Assembly (NCBI GenBank): GCA_021773215.1
Contig: JAJFKM010000012.1
Location: forward strand, 4,922-68,921
Direction: 5' to 3'
From: Gammaproteobacteria bacterium
Lineage (GTDB): Bacteria > Pseudomonadota > Gammaproteobacteria > Eutrophobiales > Eutrophobiaceae
Length of the DNA: 64,000 nt
The translations under genes and the position numbers were made by a program. The notes beneath the pieces are model-generated. The model was not told the DNA's origin and made no database searches. It was given only the letters and a program-made list of their open reading frames with translations. Of this stretch, positions 40,025 to 49,690 are shown one piece after another (the first letter of the stretch is position 1; each line of letters begins with the position of its first letter).

Positions 40025-40810
40025 TTGAAACAGACCATGCAACAAGCGATACAACAACATTCTTATTGCGTTCTCCCTAAAGAACAGTCATATCAAAATG
40101 ACTTGATGCTTGCTGCAGATTTTCAACGCGCTGTATTGCCCAAAATTATTGACGTCGATTATCTGGATATTGCTATTACCTACGAACCTTTCGATTCAGT
40201 ATCGGGAGATGTTTATGACTTTATCTTGAATCGTGAAAGAGAATTAGCGATCTTCGTTGGTGATGCAACAGGCCATGGCATTTCAGCAGCACTAATGACC
40301 ATGATGGTACACATCGCCATCGATAGTCTTAAAGCTAATTTATCGACGGATGATTCTCTACGAAAATTAAACCGATTAATAGCCTCGCGTCACACAGGCC
40401 GGTCAGTCAGCAGCGTATTTTTAAGGATCGCACCGGATGGGATGATGAAGGTTTCTCATGCCGGGCATCCATCCATCATTGTTATACCTGCAGATGACTC
40501 TGGCCTTGTTATGTTTGAAGAAGCAGGTTGCGCACTCGGTTTGTTTATTGAAGAACCGGTTAAATATATTGAAGAAACATATCTGTTAAAACCGGGAGAT
40601 AAAATCATTGCTTATACCGATGGTCTTATTGAGTGGCGAAATTCGTTCAAGGAAACCTATGGCCACAACCGGTTACTGAATTTCATAAATGCACATCGAC
40701 AACTGGATTTTGAATCTTTAAAACAAATGATCTATAACGATGCTAAATCGTTTGCACATCATGAAGAGATTAATGATGATTTAACGTTGTTGGTAGCTGA
40801 GTACACTTAG
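40025..40810 (+). CDS. PP2C-type serine/threonine phosphatase domain protein (SpoIIE/RsbU-like), stand-alone
   Basis: Catalytic motifs D-x-x-D (GDVYDF), FVGDATGHG and YTDGL typical of the PPM/SpoIIE family. No sensor domain is present. Confidence 0.7.
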   Translation: MKQTMQQAIQQHSYCVLPKEQSYQNDLMLAADFQRAVLPKIIDVDYLDIAITYEPFDSVSGDVYDFILNRERELAIFVGDATGHGISAALMTMMVHIAIDSLKANLSTDDSLRKLNRLIASRHTGRSVSSVFLRIAPDGMMKVSHAGHPSIIVIPADDSGLVMFEEAGCALGLFIEEPVKYIEETYLLKPGDKIIAYTDGLIEWRNSFKETYGHNRLLNFINAHRQLDFESLKQMIYNDAKSFAHHEEINDDLTLLVAEYT

Positions 40811-40885
40811 TCATTCCCGTCTCGGCTTTGTCTCCTGAGTCGCTCTACTTCCTGCATCCATGCAGACGTACGCGGGAATGACAGG
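40810..40885. repeat. REP-like palindromic element with 10-bp terminal inverted repeat GTCATTCCCG/CGGGAATGAC and an inner palindrome CTGCATCCATGCAG
   Basis: It begins at the last base of the PP2C stop, between the convergent PP2C and perM genes. Its termini share CCTGTCATTCCCGCG with the 39835-39920 element. Confidence 0.5.
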
Positions 40886-40896
40886 CGGGTAAAAAA

Positions 40897-41985
40897 TTAA
40901 GAAGTCTTATCCTGCCCCTGCAAAGTAGGATCATCACTTTCATATGTCGGCCAGACATTGATTAAGGCCTTAACCAGAGTCGCTAATGGAATAGCAAAGA
41001 ACACACCCAGAAAACCCCATAGCCCACCAAAGACAAGAATCGCAACAATGATTGCAACCGGATGTAAATTAACGGCTTCTGAAAAAAGAATCGGTACTAG
41101 AACATTGCCATCAAGAAACTGAATAACACCATAGGAAACCATTAACCAGACAAAGTCTGCTGATAAACCCCATTGGAAGTAAGCAACAAAAGCGATCGGA
41201 AGCGTAACAACAGCAGCACCTATGTAGGGAATCAACACAGACAAACCTACTATCAACCCGAGCAGTGGCGCATAATTAAGACCAAATAAAACAAAAGTAA
41301 TATAGGAAGCACTACCAACAATAATAATCTCGTTGAATTTGCCACGCACATAATTACCTATCTGCGCATCCATCTCGATCCAGATCTCGTTTATTAGCCG
41401 CCTCTCTTTGGGTAGAAAACGACCCAGCCAATCTATGATGAGCTCCTTATCTTTTAGAAAAAAGAAGATCATCAATGGCACTAATACCAGATAGACGAGT
41501 ACCGTAATAATAGCGGGTATCGATGCGACAGAAATCGAAAGCACACTCCCTCCAAGCTCGCTAAAACCCTGACGAATCGTGATGATCAGTTGACTGACAT
41601 AATCTTCTGAGATGAACTCGGGATATTGCCCTGGTAACTGTAATAACAAAGCTTGTCCATTATTGATCATCTCCGGGACTTCCTGAAAAAACTGACTGAC
41701 TTGTTTTGATAATAGTGGCAACAACCCGAATAGAATAAACACCATGAAGGCGACAAATAAGAGATAGACCAGATTAACTGCTAAAAACCTTGAGGGTATT
41801 TTTCTTTGTAACTTGGCTACTCCGCCTTCAAGTAAATAAGCAATGACCAGCGCCGCTAGTAACGGCGCCAACATCTTACCCATTGTCAGTAAGATAACAG
41901 CACTAAGAACCAACAAGACGACTAATAATGCCGCTTGTGGATCAGTAAAGTAGCGTCGATACCATGAATTAATAAACTCAAACAT
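40897..41985 (-). CDS. AI-2E family transporter (PerM/YdiK-like permease)
   Basis: Eight predicted TM helices. The start is chosen at MFEFINSWYRRYF; the listed ORF extends to 42060. Confidence 0.75.
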   Translation of the reverse strand: MFEFINSWYRRYFTDPQAALLVVLLVLSAVILLTMGKMLAPLLAALVIAYLLEGGVAKLQRKIPSRFLAVNLVYLLFVAFMVFILFGLLPLLSKQVSQFFQEVPEMINNGQALLLQLPGQYPEFISEDYVSQLIITIRQGFSELGGSVLSISVASIPAIITVLVYLVLVPLMIFFFLKDKELIIDWLGRFLPKERRLINEIWIEMDAQIGNYVRGKFNEIIIVGSASYITFVLFGLNYAPLLGLIVGLSVLIPYIGAAVVTLPIAFVAYFQWGLSADFVWLMVSYGVIQFLDGNVLVPILFSEAVNLHPVAIIVAILVFGGLWGFLGVFFAIPLATLVKALINVWPTYESDDPTLQGQDKTS

Positions 41986-42249
41986 GTTTTTAATATAGTT
42001 AAATGTTAAGGAAGCTATGATTAAATCATAGTTTCCTTTGGTGCAGGGATGCACCAACATTTTTCAATCAGGTATCTGATTGAAAAATGGAGAAAAACAA
42101 AAATCACATTTTTAGTTTTTCGATTCTAAATAAGTCACGGATGACTTATTCAGAACTTCCTTAAATATTTTCATCATAGCGATATCTTACCTGGACAGCG
42201 AGTTTACATAGGTACGTGTATCTAAATTACTGACAAAATTATATGGTAT

Positions 42250-42282
42250 AAAAAAAAAAGGGCGCCGGAGGGGGTGGCGCCC
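42250..42282 (-). terminator. Strong intrinsic terminator on the minus strand (7-bp GC stem GGGCGCC/GGCGCCC, 9-nt loop, then 10 U in the minus-strand transcript); no gene lies upstream of it on that strand
   Basis: The plus strand reads AAAAAAAAAAGGGCGCCGGAGGGGGTGGCGCCC. On the minus strand this is a hairpin followed by U10. Confidence 0.55.
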
Positions 42283-42514
42283 TATAAAAATACAACAAAA
42301 CTGTTGAGGAGGTTATGCAAATATAAAATTCTATATAGGTCTATAGTGCAGTTGTTGTGCCAATATTTATTTTCAATATAATTCAATGAGTTAGGATACA
42401 ATCAAAACGACTATGTTTAAGAATTGCACTGTGGTGGTTTACTTTTAGAACGCATATGGTGCAATGCAAAAAATGAAATCTATTTTATGAATCTGCTTAA
42501 TATTTAAATATCCA

Positions 42515-43567
42515 ATGGATAAATCACAATTATCAAGCCATATAAAATCGTGGGGGACCGATTTAGGCTTCCAGCAAGTTGGTATTACAACGACTGATTT
42601 GGAACAGGATGAAGCCTACCTCATGAACTGGCTGAAAGAAGGACGCCATGGTGAGATGTCGTATATGCAGCGACATGGTACGAAACGAAGTCGTCCAGAA
42701 GATCTAGTGCCGGGGACCATCAGTGTTATTTCACTGAGAATGGACTACATGCCGCCCTCGAGTAAGCACCCGGCACAGGTATTAAACAATAAGGAACTTG
42801 CTTATGTTTCCCGATATGCGATGGGACGCGATTACCATAAACTTATGCGTCAACGTATCCAGAAACTAGCCACTAAAATAGAGACACAATACGGACAGTT
42901 TGGTTATCGCTGTTTTGTCGATAGCGCTCCAATATTGGAAAAAGCATTGGCAAGAAATGCAGGACTCGGGTGGATTGGCAAGCACAGCAACCTCATTAAC
43001 CCTAAAGCAGGCTCATGGTTTTTTCTGGGGGAGATTTATACTGACTTACCACTCGAGATTGACAAACCTTTTACGGAACATCATTGCGGAAGCTGTAATG
43101 CCTGTATAGACATATGCCCGACTAAAGCTATTGTGGGTCCGATGCAAGTGGATGCCCGTCGTTGTATTTCTTATCTAACAATAGAACTACGTAGTTCTAT
43201 ACCTGAAGAATTTCGCAAGATGATTGGTAACCGTGTTTATGGCTGCGATGATTGCCAATTAATCTGTCCATGGAATAAATTTTCCAAGAACACCGAAGAA
43301 GATGATTTCCGTGTGCGTAACGGTTTGGATCAACCGACATTAATTGAATTATTTGCCTGGACAGAGGCTGAATTTTTAAAGAATACCGAAGGTTCTGCCA
43401 TTCGGCGTATAGGTTACGAGTGTTGGTCGCGAAATATTGCTGTGGGTTTAGGTAATGCAGCTAAAACAGATGAAACATTTAATGCATTAAGAGCTCGAGA
43501 AAACGATCCTTCTGCAATGGTGCGTGAACATGTTGCGTGGGCGCTTGCTCAACATCAGAGTCACTAA
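42515..43567 (+). CDS. queG: Epoxyqueuosine reductase QueG
   Basis: Two 4Fe-4S ferredoxin motifs (CGSCNACIDICP, CDDCQLICPWN) and C-terminal HEAT-like repeats. Length 350 aa. Confidence 0.9.
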   Translation: MDKSQLSSHIKSWGTDLGFQQVGITTTDLEQDEAYLMNWLKEGRHGEMSYMQRHGTKRSRPEDLVPGTISVISLRMDYMPPSSKHPAQVLNNKELAYVSRYAMGRDYHKLMRQRIQKLATKIETQYGQFGYRCFVDSAPILEKALARNAGLGWIGKHSNLINPKAGSWFFLGEIYTDLPLEIDKPFTEHHCGSCNACIDICPTKAIVGPMQVDARRCISYLTIELRSSIPEEFRKMIGNRVYGCDDCQLICPWNKFSKNTEEDDFRVRNGLDQPTLIELFAWTEAEFLKNTEGSAIRRIGYECWSRNIAVGLGNAAKTDETFNALRARENDPSAMVREHVAWALAQHQSH

Positions 43568-43582
43568 GTTATCGTTAATTAA

Positions 43583-44041
43583 CTATTCAGAGAACATCGT
43601 TTCTGTTTCAACATTAAAGACAGTGCCTTCAACACTCATTACACGCACTTTCATACCAGCGGGCATATCTGAACCTTTTACTTTCCAGGTTGAATCATCA
43701 ACCTTAATCTTGCCTACACCATTCACTATTGCTTCATCAAGTGTAAAACTGCGACCGACATATTGTTCACCACGTCGATTAAGATTAGGTTGATCATTAA
43801 CATTAGGATTCGACTTTTTATGGCGTTTATACAAAACTAAACATACGACTGATAGCACACCAAAGATAATGACCTGAATTAAGACGGGCATGTCAGGGAC
43901 CACATAAATTGCCAGACCAACAACAAATGCTGAGATGCCCATCCACAGGAAATATGCCGCGGGTAAAATCATTTCAATAATAATCATCACAACTGCTGCA
44001 ATAAGCCAATGCCAAAATTCAATCTGATCTAACCATTCCAT
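43583..44041 (-). CDS. NfeD family membrane protein (partner of the SPFH protein)
   Basis: N-terminal TM helices and a C-terminal OB-fold beta-domain. It sits immediately downstream of the SPFH gene. The start is chosen at MEWLDQIEF; the listed ORF reaches 44104 and would overlap the SPFH gene by 53 nt. Confidence 0.65.
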   Translation of the reverse strand: MEWLDQIEFWHWLIAAVVMIIIEMILPAAYFLWMGISAFVVGLAIYVVPDMPVLIQVIIFGVLSVVCLVLYKRHKKSNPNVNDQPNLNRRGEQYVGRSFTLDEAIVNGVGKIKVDDSTWKVKGSDMPAGMKVRVMSVEGTVFNVETETMFSE

Positions 44042-44051
44042 AAGTGACTCC

Positions 44052-44993
44052 TTACATTTGGCCGCTTGATGTGTCTTTATCTTTACCAAAGGTCTCTTTG
44101 GCAATCTCGGTAATGCCCGCTATTGAACCGATTACACTACTGGCTTCCAGAGGCATTAGTACTACTTTTGTATTCGGTGCAGAAGCAATCTCTTTTAATG
44201 CCTCGACATATTTTGTTGCAACGAAATAGTTCACAGCTTGTATATCACCTGACGCGATAGCATTAGAAACATCCGTCGTTGCCTTTGCTTCAGCTTCAGC
44301 TTGACGTTCTCTTGCTTCAGCATCACGAAAGGCTGATTCTCTGCGACCCTCTGCTTCGAGGATAGCTGCTCGCTTTTCACCATCTGCTTTTAAGATTTCT
44401 GCTTGTTTGAAACCTTCTGCTTCAAGAATATTAGCTCGCTTTTCACGCTCTGCTTTCATCTGCCGTGCCATCGAATCGACCAAGTCTTTTGGTGGAGAGA
44501 TATCCTTAATTTCAATACGTGTCACCTTAACACCCCACGGACTTGTCGCTTCATCAACTACCTTCAGTAACTGCGCGTTAATCGTGTCTCGTTGTGATAA
44601 TAATTGATCCAAATCCATTGAGCCCATCACGGTACGGATATTGGTCATGGTTAGATTCAGGATCGCACGTGTAAGGTTATTGACCTCGTATGCTGCTTGA
44701 GCGGCGTTAAGCACTTGAAAGAAAACAACACCATCGACCCTAACCATAGCGTTATCTTTCGTAATGACTTCCTGCGAGGGGACATCAACAACCGTCTCCA
44801 TCATATTCATCTTAGCGCCAATTCTATCAAAGAAAGGAATTATGATATGTAGTCCGGGTGACAATGTCCGCGTGTACTCACCGAATCGCTCGACCGTATA
44901 TTCATTACCCTGAATAACAATCGTTACCGCTTTGGTTATGACGACAAAAATAAACAGTGCTAAACAAAATATAAAAAATGCTAATCCACTCAT
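44052..44993 (-). CDS. SPFH/band-7 (stomatin-like) membrane protein
   Basis: N-terminal TM followed by an SPFH domain and a coiled-coil Ala/Glu/Arg-rich C-terminal repeat ([31 protein letters not shown]). Confidence 0.8.
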   Translation of the reverse strand: MSGLAFFIFCLALFIFVVITKAVTIVIQGNEYTVERFGEYTRTLSPGLHIIIPFFDRIGAKMNMMETVVDVPSQEVITKDNAMVRVDGVVFFQVLNAAQAAYEVNNLTRAILNLTMTNIRTVMGSMDLDQLLSQRDTINAQLLKVVDEATSPWGVKVTRIEIKDISPPKDLVDSMARQMKAEREKRANILEAEGFKQAEILKADGEKRAAILEAEGRRESAFRDAEARERQAEAEAKATTDVSNAIASGDIQAVNYFVATKYVEALKEIASAPNTKVVLMPLEASSVIGSIAGITEIAKETFGKDKDTSSGQM

Positions 44994-45032
44994 AGTCTAG
45001 TTCCCTTAAAATTAGTAATGTAAATAAATCGA

Positions 45033-45467
45033 TTATTTTATAAAACGTATCGTATATGGGTAACGATAAAGTACGCCTTCGTTCGCTTTGATAGAGGCAA
45101 TAATGACGACAATAATTTGATAGATGATTAACACACCAAGTAATAAAAATCCGACAAAAACCAACATCAATATTGCAGAGACAATAACAGCAATAAGCAT
45201 TGTCAGTTGAAAATTCAGTGACTCTTTCCCCTGATCATTTACAAAAGGCATCTCATCTTTCTTAATCAGCCAAATAATCAGAGGGCCAAGCACACTGCCA
45301 AATGGAATTATATAACCAGAGAAAGAAATAAGATGACACAACGTACCCCATAAACGCTCATCTTTATCAGGTGAGTTCACATCTTCAATGTCTTGAGCCA
45401 TACCGGTCTCCTGCATGAACAGTTCGTTTATACCGAAGATACATGAAGATGCAGGTTTATAGCACAT
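45033..45467 (-). CDS. DUF4870-like small membrane protein
   Basis: Three TM helices. The true start is probably the internal MAQDIEDV. Family assignment is tentative. Confidence 0.45.
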   Translation of the reverse strand: MCYKPASSCIFGINELFMQETGMAQDIEDVNSPDKDERLWGTLCHLISFSGYIIPFGSVLGPLIIWLIKKDEMPFVNDQGKESLNFQLTMLIAVIVSAILMLVFVGFLLLGVLIIYQIIVVIIASIKANEGVLYRYPYTIRFIK

Positions 45468-45654
45468 CTGTTTTCATCCAAAGCAGCGTTGCTCCTCCTT
45501 GCAGGGAGTGACCATGCGCGGCGTCGCGTCTCGCTCTAAATAAAAACAAATACACTCCAATTCCAGCATCTTCATTTATCTTGGGTATAGCGTGTTATTG
45601 TTTTTTTTGCTTGCTGGAAACATTATCATTCCAGAGGTGGTTTGTCTCAGAGAA

Positions 45655-46527
45655 TTATTGGTCGGAGGCCTTATCGTCATTATTTTCCAGATTACCATCA
45701 AAATCCTCATTAACCATGATAGACATGCCTGGAGCCGCTTTATCAAGCCAACCACGAATACGTTTGATTAGAACATCTTCCATTCTATTATAGTAATGAT
45801 CTGCCCCTTCAATCTCTAACTGGGCATATTGTCGATTATTGCCCTTTTTTGCGGCAAGTCGCCGATCGGGCGCCTGATTAATGACATTTTTAAAGTCACG
45901 ACTGCCGTATATATCCAATACTGGGATTTTAGATTTCTCGATCAAGCCGAGTATATCGATGGCTGGCTTTACAAACGGGTACTCTTGTAAACCCAGCGTA
46001 ACTAAAGCGACAATTTTCTGCTTTTCCTCTTTTTCTAGATAGTTCAGCATCGTTGCAGCACCAAAACTATGGCCAATAGCGACGATATTTAGAAATTTAC
46101 GTTCGCGCAGGCAACGCACGGCGGCCTTAATTCTATCTGCCGCCTGTTGCAGAGTTTTGCCATAATCTTCAATCTGATTCTCTGGTGCAATAACCGGCAT
46201 TTGAATCGATAAGGTGGTCCACCCATGCTCAGGCATTGTTGTCCGAATAGGCGATATCGTTTGAGGCCAATCCGCGTGTCCACCCATGGCATGTAGAAGA
46301 ATTACCGCACCATGCGCAGTTTCGTTAGTTTGACTGGTAAATAGTGCTAGAAAATCCTCGCCTTTTGCATCAAGCCATAGAACTTCTGATCCTTTTACAT
46401 TCTCCGCCAATTTTTCAGTAGTCCGTTTCTCCCACTCCCTATCCACACTGTCAGCAGCAACTGACAATGCATTCCCCATAATCAATAAAAAAACTATATT
46501 TAATGTAGCTATCTTCCTCATAATCAC
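45655..46527 (-). CDS. Secreted alpha/beta hydrolase (DUF3530-like)
   Basis: Signal peptide and nucleophile elbow GHSFGA; alpha/beta fold pattern. Length 290 aa. Confidence 0.6.
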   Translation of the reverse strand: MIMRKIATLNIVFLLIMGNALSVAADSVDREWEKRTTEKLAENVKGSEVLWLDAKGEDFLALFTSQTNETAHGAVILLHAMGGHADWPQTISPIRTTMPEHGWTTLSIQMPVIAPENQIEDYGKTLQQAADRIKAAVRCLRERKFLNIVAIGHSFGAATMLNYLEKEEKQKIVALVTLGLQEYPFVKPAIDILGLIEKSKIPVLDIYGSRDFKNVINQAPDRRLAAKKGNNRQYAQLEIEGADHYYNRMEDVLIKRIRGWLDKAAPGMSIMVNEDFDGNLENNDDKASDQ

Positions 46528-46645
46528 CTCTTAGACCTCAGTAACTATTTAGCAACAAGTAGGCCAGATAGTAGCGATGCGTGGGCTGATCAGGTAAAGT
46601 TGCCCCACTTTAAATAGCGTTTAAATCACAGCAAACGATAAATTC

Positions 46646-47320
46646 ATGACTAATTATGTAATCGCACCTTCAATCCTGTCAGCTGACATGGCACGACTCG
46701 GCGAAGAGACCGAAACAGTATTAGCCGCGGGCGCTGATTTTGTCCATATCGATGTCATGGATAACCACTATGTGCCTAATTTGACCTTCGGTCCTGTTGT
46801 CGTCAAGGCCTTACGTGATTATGGCATTAAGGCTACGCTTGATGTGCATTTGATGATCAAACCGGTCGACCGTATCATCCCGGATTTTGCCGCTGCGGGT
46901 GCCAGTTATATTACCTTTCATCCTGAGGCCTCAGAACACGTAGACCGTAGCTTGCAGTTAATTCATGATAATGGCTGTAAGTCAGGCTTGGTATTTAACC
47001 CGGCTACTCCACTTGATGTGCTTGAACATGTTATAGATAAGGTGGACATGATTCTGTTAATGTCGGTAAACCCTGGCTTTGGTGGACAATCTTTCATCAG
47101 CTCGGCCTTGGATAAACTGAGAACGGCAAGAAAATTGATTGACGATTCTGGTAGAGATATCCGACTTGAGATTGATGGTGGTGTCAAAATTAATAACATC
47201 CGTGAAATCGCCGAAGCAGGCGCAGACACCTTTGTGGCTGGCTCAGCTATATTCGGTAGTGATGATTACCAAAAAACAATAACAGCAATGCGAGAACAAC
47301 TAGCCCAAACAAATAGCTAG
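46646..47320 (+). CDS. rpe: Ribulose-phosphate 3-epimerase
   Basis: [31 protein letters not shown] and the [10 protein letters not shown] motif. Confidence 0.9.
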   Translation: MTNYVIAPSILSADMARLGEETETVLAAGADFVHIDVMDNHYVPNLTFGPVVVKALRDYGIKATLDVHLMIKPVDRIIPDFAAAGASYITFHPEASEHVDRSLQLIHDNGCKSGLVFNPATPLDVLEHVIDKVDMILLMSVNPGFGGQSFISSALDKLRTARKLIDDSGRDIRLEIDGGVKINNIREIAEAGADTFVAGSAIFGSDDYQKTITAMREQLAQTNS

Positions 47321-47363
47321 TCAAAAACCGATTTATTCATTTTTACCTTGCGCCAATTACATT

Positions 47364-48035
47364 ATGTCTATCAATACACCTGAATTAGTTTTGCTTGATC
47401 TTGACGGTACTTTGGTCGACTCAATACCTGATCTCGCCAATTCAGTTAATAAAATGCTAGTAGAGTTTTCTATCGCAGAAAGAGAAATTAATAGTATTCG
47501 CAATTGGGTAGGCAATGGCGTTGAAAAACTCTTGCACCGTGCATTGACTAATGACATTGATGGCGCGGCAGAGTCCGAACTTTTTGATAGTGCCTTCCCA
47601 AGGTTTATGGATATATATAAAAAAAACATGTGTATCTTGAGCACCTGTTATCCCGGTGTCCGTGAAGGCATCGATTATTTAAAAGGAAAAAATATTAAAC
47701 TTGGGTGTGTCACCAACAAGAGTGGCCAGTTTGTTGGACCGATACTTGAGAAACTAGGTCTTAAGGATGATATGAGTATTATTGTTGCAGGTGACACGCT
47801 TGCTAAAAAGAAACCTGATCCGATGCCTCTCTTGCATGCAGCTTCAGTTTTCGAAGTCGACCCAAAAAAATCATTAATGATTGGTGATTCAGTTAGTGAT
47901 GTTAAAGCTGCACGCGCTGCCGACTTCCAAATCGTTTGTGTCAGTTATGGATACAATCATGGCAATGATATTCGTGATACAAACCCAGATGCCGTTGTTG
48001 ATTCATTAGCAGACTTGCCACAGTTATTTCACTAA
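47364..48035 (+). CDS. gph: Phosphoglycolate phosphatase (HAD family)
   Basis: HAD motif I ([11 protein letters not shown]) and motif IV (GDSVSD). Conserved rpe-gph-trpE order. Confidence 0.8.
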   Translation: MSINTPELVLLDLDGTLVDSIPDLANSVNKMLVEFSIAEREINSIRNWVGNGVEKLLHRALTNDIDGAAESELFDSAFPRFMDIYKKNMCILSTCYPGVREGIDYLKGKNIKLGCVTNKSGQFVGPILEKLGLKDDMSIIVAGDTLAKKKPDPMPLLHAASVFEVDPKKSLMIGDSVSDVKAARAADFQIVCVSYGYNHGNDIRDTNPDAVVDSLADLPQLFH

Positions 48036-48040
48036 AGACC

Positions 48041-49522
48041 ATGATCAACGAAGCCGAATTCGACCAGCTCGCAACACAAGGATATAACCGCATCCCTTTA
48101 ATGCGTGAAGTATTGGCTGATCTTGATACGCCTCTTAGCACCTACATGAAGCTATGTGCCGCACCCTATTCCTATTTATTTGAATCGGTGCAAGGCGGAG
48201 AGAAATGGGGTCGTTATTCCATCATAGGCTTGCCAGCGAAAAAATTTATTACTGCAAATGGCAATCAAATAACGATTAATGAAAATGGTAATGTTATTGA
48301 AGAATATACAGTTGACGATCCATTAGCTGAAATAGAAAAAATCCAACAGTCCTATAAGGTAGCAGAAATTGAAGGCATGCCACGCTTTAATGGAGGGCTG
48401 GTCGGTTACTTTGGTTATGAAACAATTCGATACATTGAGCCGCGCCTATTAAATAAAAACGATAAAGACGACCCCATCGGTTCGCCAGATGTTTTACTTA
48501 TGGTATCTGATGAAGTTGTTGTGTTCGATAATCTTGGTGGCAAACTTTTCATTATTGTTCATGCCGACCCGAGTAATGCTGACGCTTTTAAAATCGCACA
48601 CCAACGCCTAGACGAACTCGTCGATACATTAGCCAATAAACATATCGATAAAACAAAATCGAACGGTTCTCGCACCGTTAATGAAAATGATTTTGTTTCC
48701 GGCTTCACTCAAGAAAATTATGAAGCTGCTGTTGATAGAATAAAAGAATATATTGTTGAGGGTGACTGCATGCAGGTAGTCTTGTCGCAACGCCTTTCTA
48801 TCCCGTTTAAATCAGAACCGATAGATTTATATCGCGCCTTGCGTTGCCTCAATCCTTCACCGTATATGTATTTTCTTGATTTGGACGATTTTCAAATTGT
48901 CGGCTCGTCACCAGAAATACTCGTGCGCCTTGAAGATGACATGGTAACCGTTAGACCGATAGCTGGCACACGTCCGCGTGGGAAGACTGAAGAAGAAGAT
49001 ACAGCGCTTGAAAAAGAACTCTTAGCCGATCCAAAAGAATTAGCTGAACATTTGATGTTGATAGATTTAGGTCGTAACGATGCTGGTCGTGTTGCCGAAA
49101 TGGGTAGCGTGACATTGACCGACAAAATGATCATTGAGCGTTACTCTCATGTCATGCATATCGTCTCAAACGTTACTGGAAAATTAATCAATGGCATGAG
49201 TGCAATTGATGTTTTGCGTGCCACCTTCCCTGCAGGGACCGTCTCTGGCGCACCAAAGATTCGCGCTATGGAGATTATTGATGAACTGGAACCAGTAAAA
49301 CGTGGTGTTTATTCGGGTGCGGTCGGTTATTTATCATGGAATGGTAATATGGATACAGCGATCGCTATACGCACCGCTGTTATAAAAGATAAGACCTTGC
49401 ATATACAGGCAGGCGCAGGCATTGTCGCCGACTCAGTTCCCCGAAATGAATGGGATGAAACCATGAACAAAGGCCGTGCTATTTTTAGGGCCGTTACTCT
49501 GGCAGAAAAAGGATTAACTTAA
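48041..49522 (+). CDS. trpE: Anthranilate synthase component I
   Basis: Chorismate-binding domain with the Trp-feedback motif LFESV. Length 493 aa. Confidence 0.9.
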   Translation: MINEAEFDQLATQGYNRIPLMREVLADLDTPLSTYMKLCAAPYSYLFESVQGGEKWGRYSIIGLPAKKFITANGNQITINENGNVIEEYTVDDPLAEIEKIQQSYKVAEIEGMPRFNGGLVGYFGYETIRYIEPRLLNKNDKDDPIGSPDVLLMVSDEVVVFDNLGGKLFIIVHADPSNADAFKIAHQRLDELVDTLANKHIDKTKSNGSRTVNENDFVSGFTQENYEAAVDRIKEYIVEGDCMQVVLSQRLSIPFKSEPIDLYRALRCLNPSPYMYFLDLDDFQIVGSSPEILVRLEDDMVTVRPIAGTRPRGKTEEEDTALEKELLADPKELAEHLMLIDLGRNDAGRVAEMGSVTLTDKMIIERYSHVMHIVSNVTGKLINGMSAIDVLRATFPAGTVSGAPKIRAMEIIDELEPVKRGVYSGAVGYLSWNGNMDTAIAIRTAVIKDKTLHIQAGAGIVADSVPRNEWDETMNKGRAIFRAVTLAEKGLT

Positions 49523-49528
49523 GATATT

Positions 49529-49667
49529 GCCACAGAGGACACGGAGTGCACAGAGGGTTAAGATCTTTAATGTATTTGGTTTAAAAATGAACTACAAAAA
49601 TAACAGTTTAATTAAATTATGATTTTTTATATTTATTTTCCTCTGTGTTCTCCGTGTCCTCTGTGGC
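49529..49667. repeat. 139-bp element between trpE and trpG: 28-bp near-perfect inverted repeats (26/28) GCCACAGAGGACACGGAGTGCACAGAGG / CCTCTGTGTTCTCCGTGTCCTCTGTGGC flanking an AT-rich 83-bp core; MITE-like or integration scar
   Basis: Inverted repeats read directly at 49529-49556 and 49640-49667. It starts 7 nt after the trpE stop and ends 23 nt before the trpG start. Confidence 0.6.
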
Positions 49668-49690
49668 TAATTAATATAGAGTAAATAGTT

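Noticed and set aside
45600-45654. Hairpin CTGGAA...TTCCAG with adjacent T8 run as a terminator for the hydrolase gene
   Set aside because: The T-run precedes rather than follows the stem on the + strand and appears as an A-run on the minus-strand transcript. It fits neither orientation as a canonical intrinsic terminator.
49557-49639. trp attenuator or leader peptide between trpE and trpG
   Set aside because: Attenuators precede trpE and encode Trp-codon-rich leaders. The only mini-ORF here (MNYKNNSLIKL) has no Trp codons, and the structure is a long inverted-repeat element rather than alternative terminator/antiterminator hairpins.
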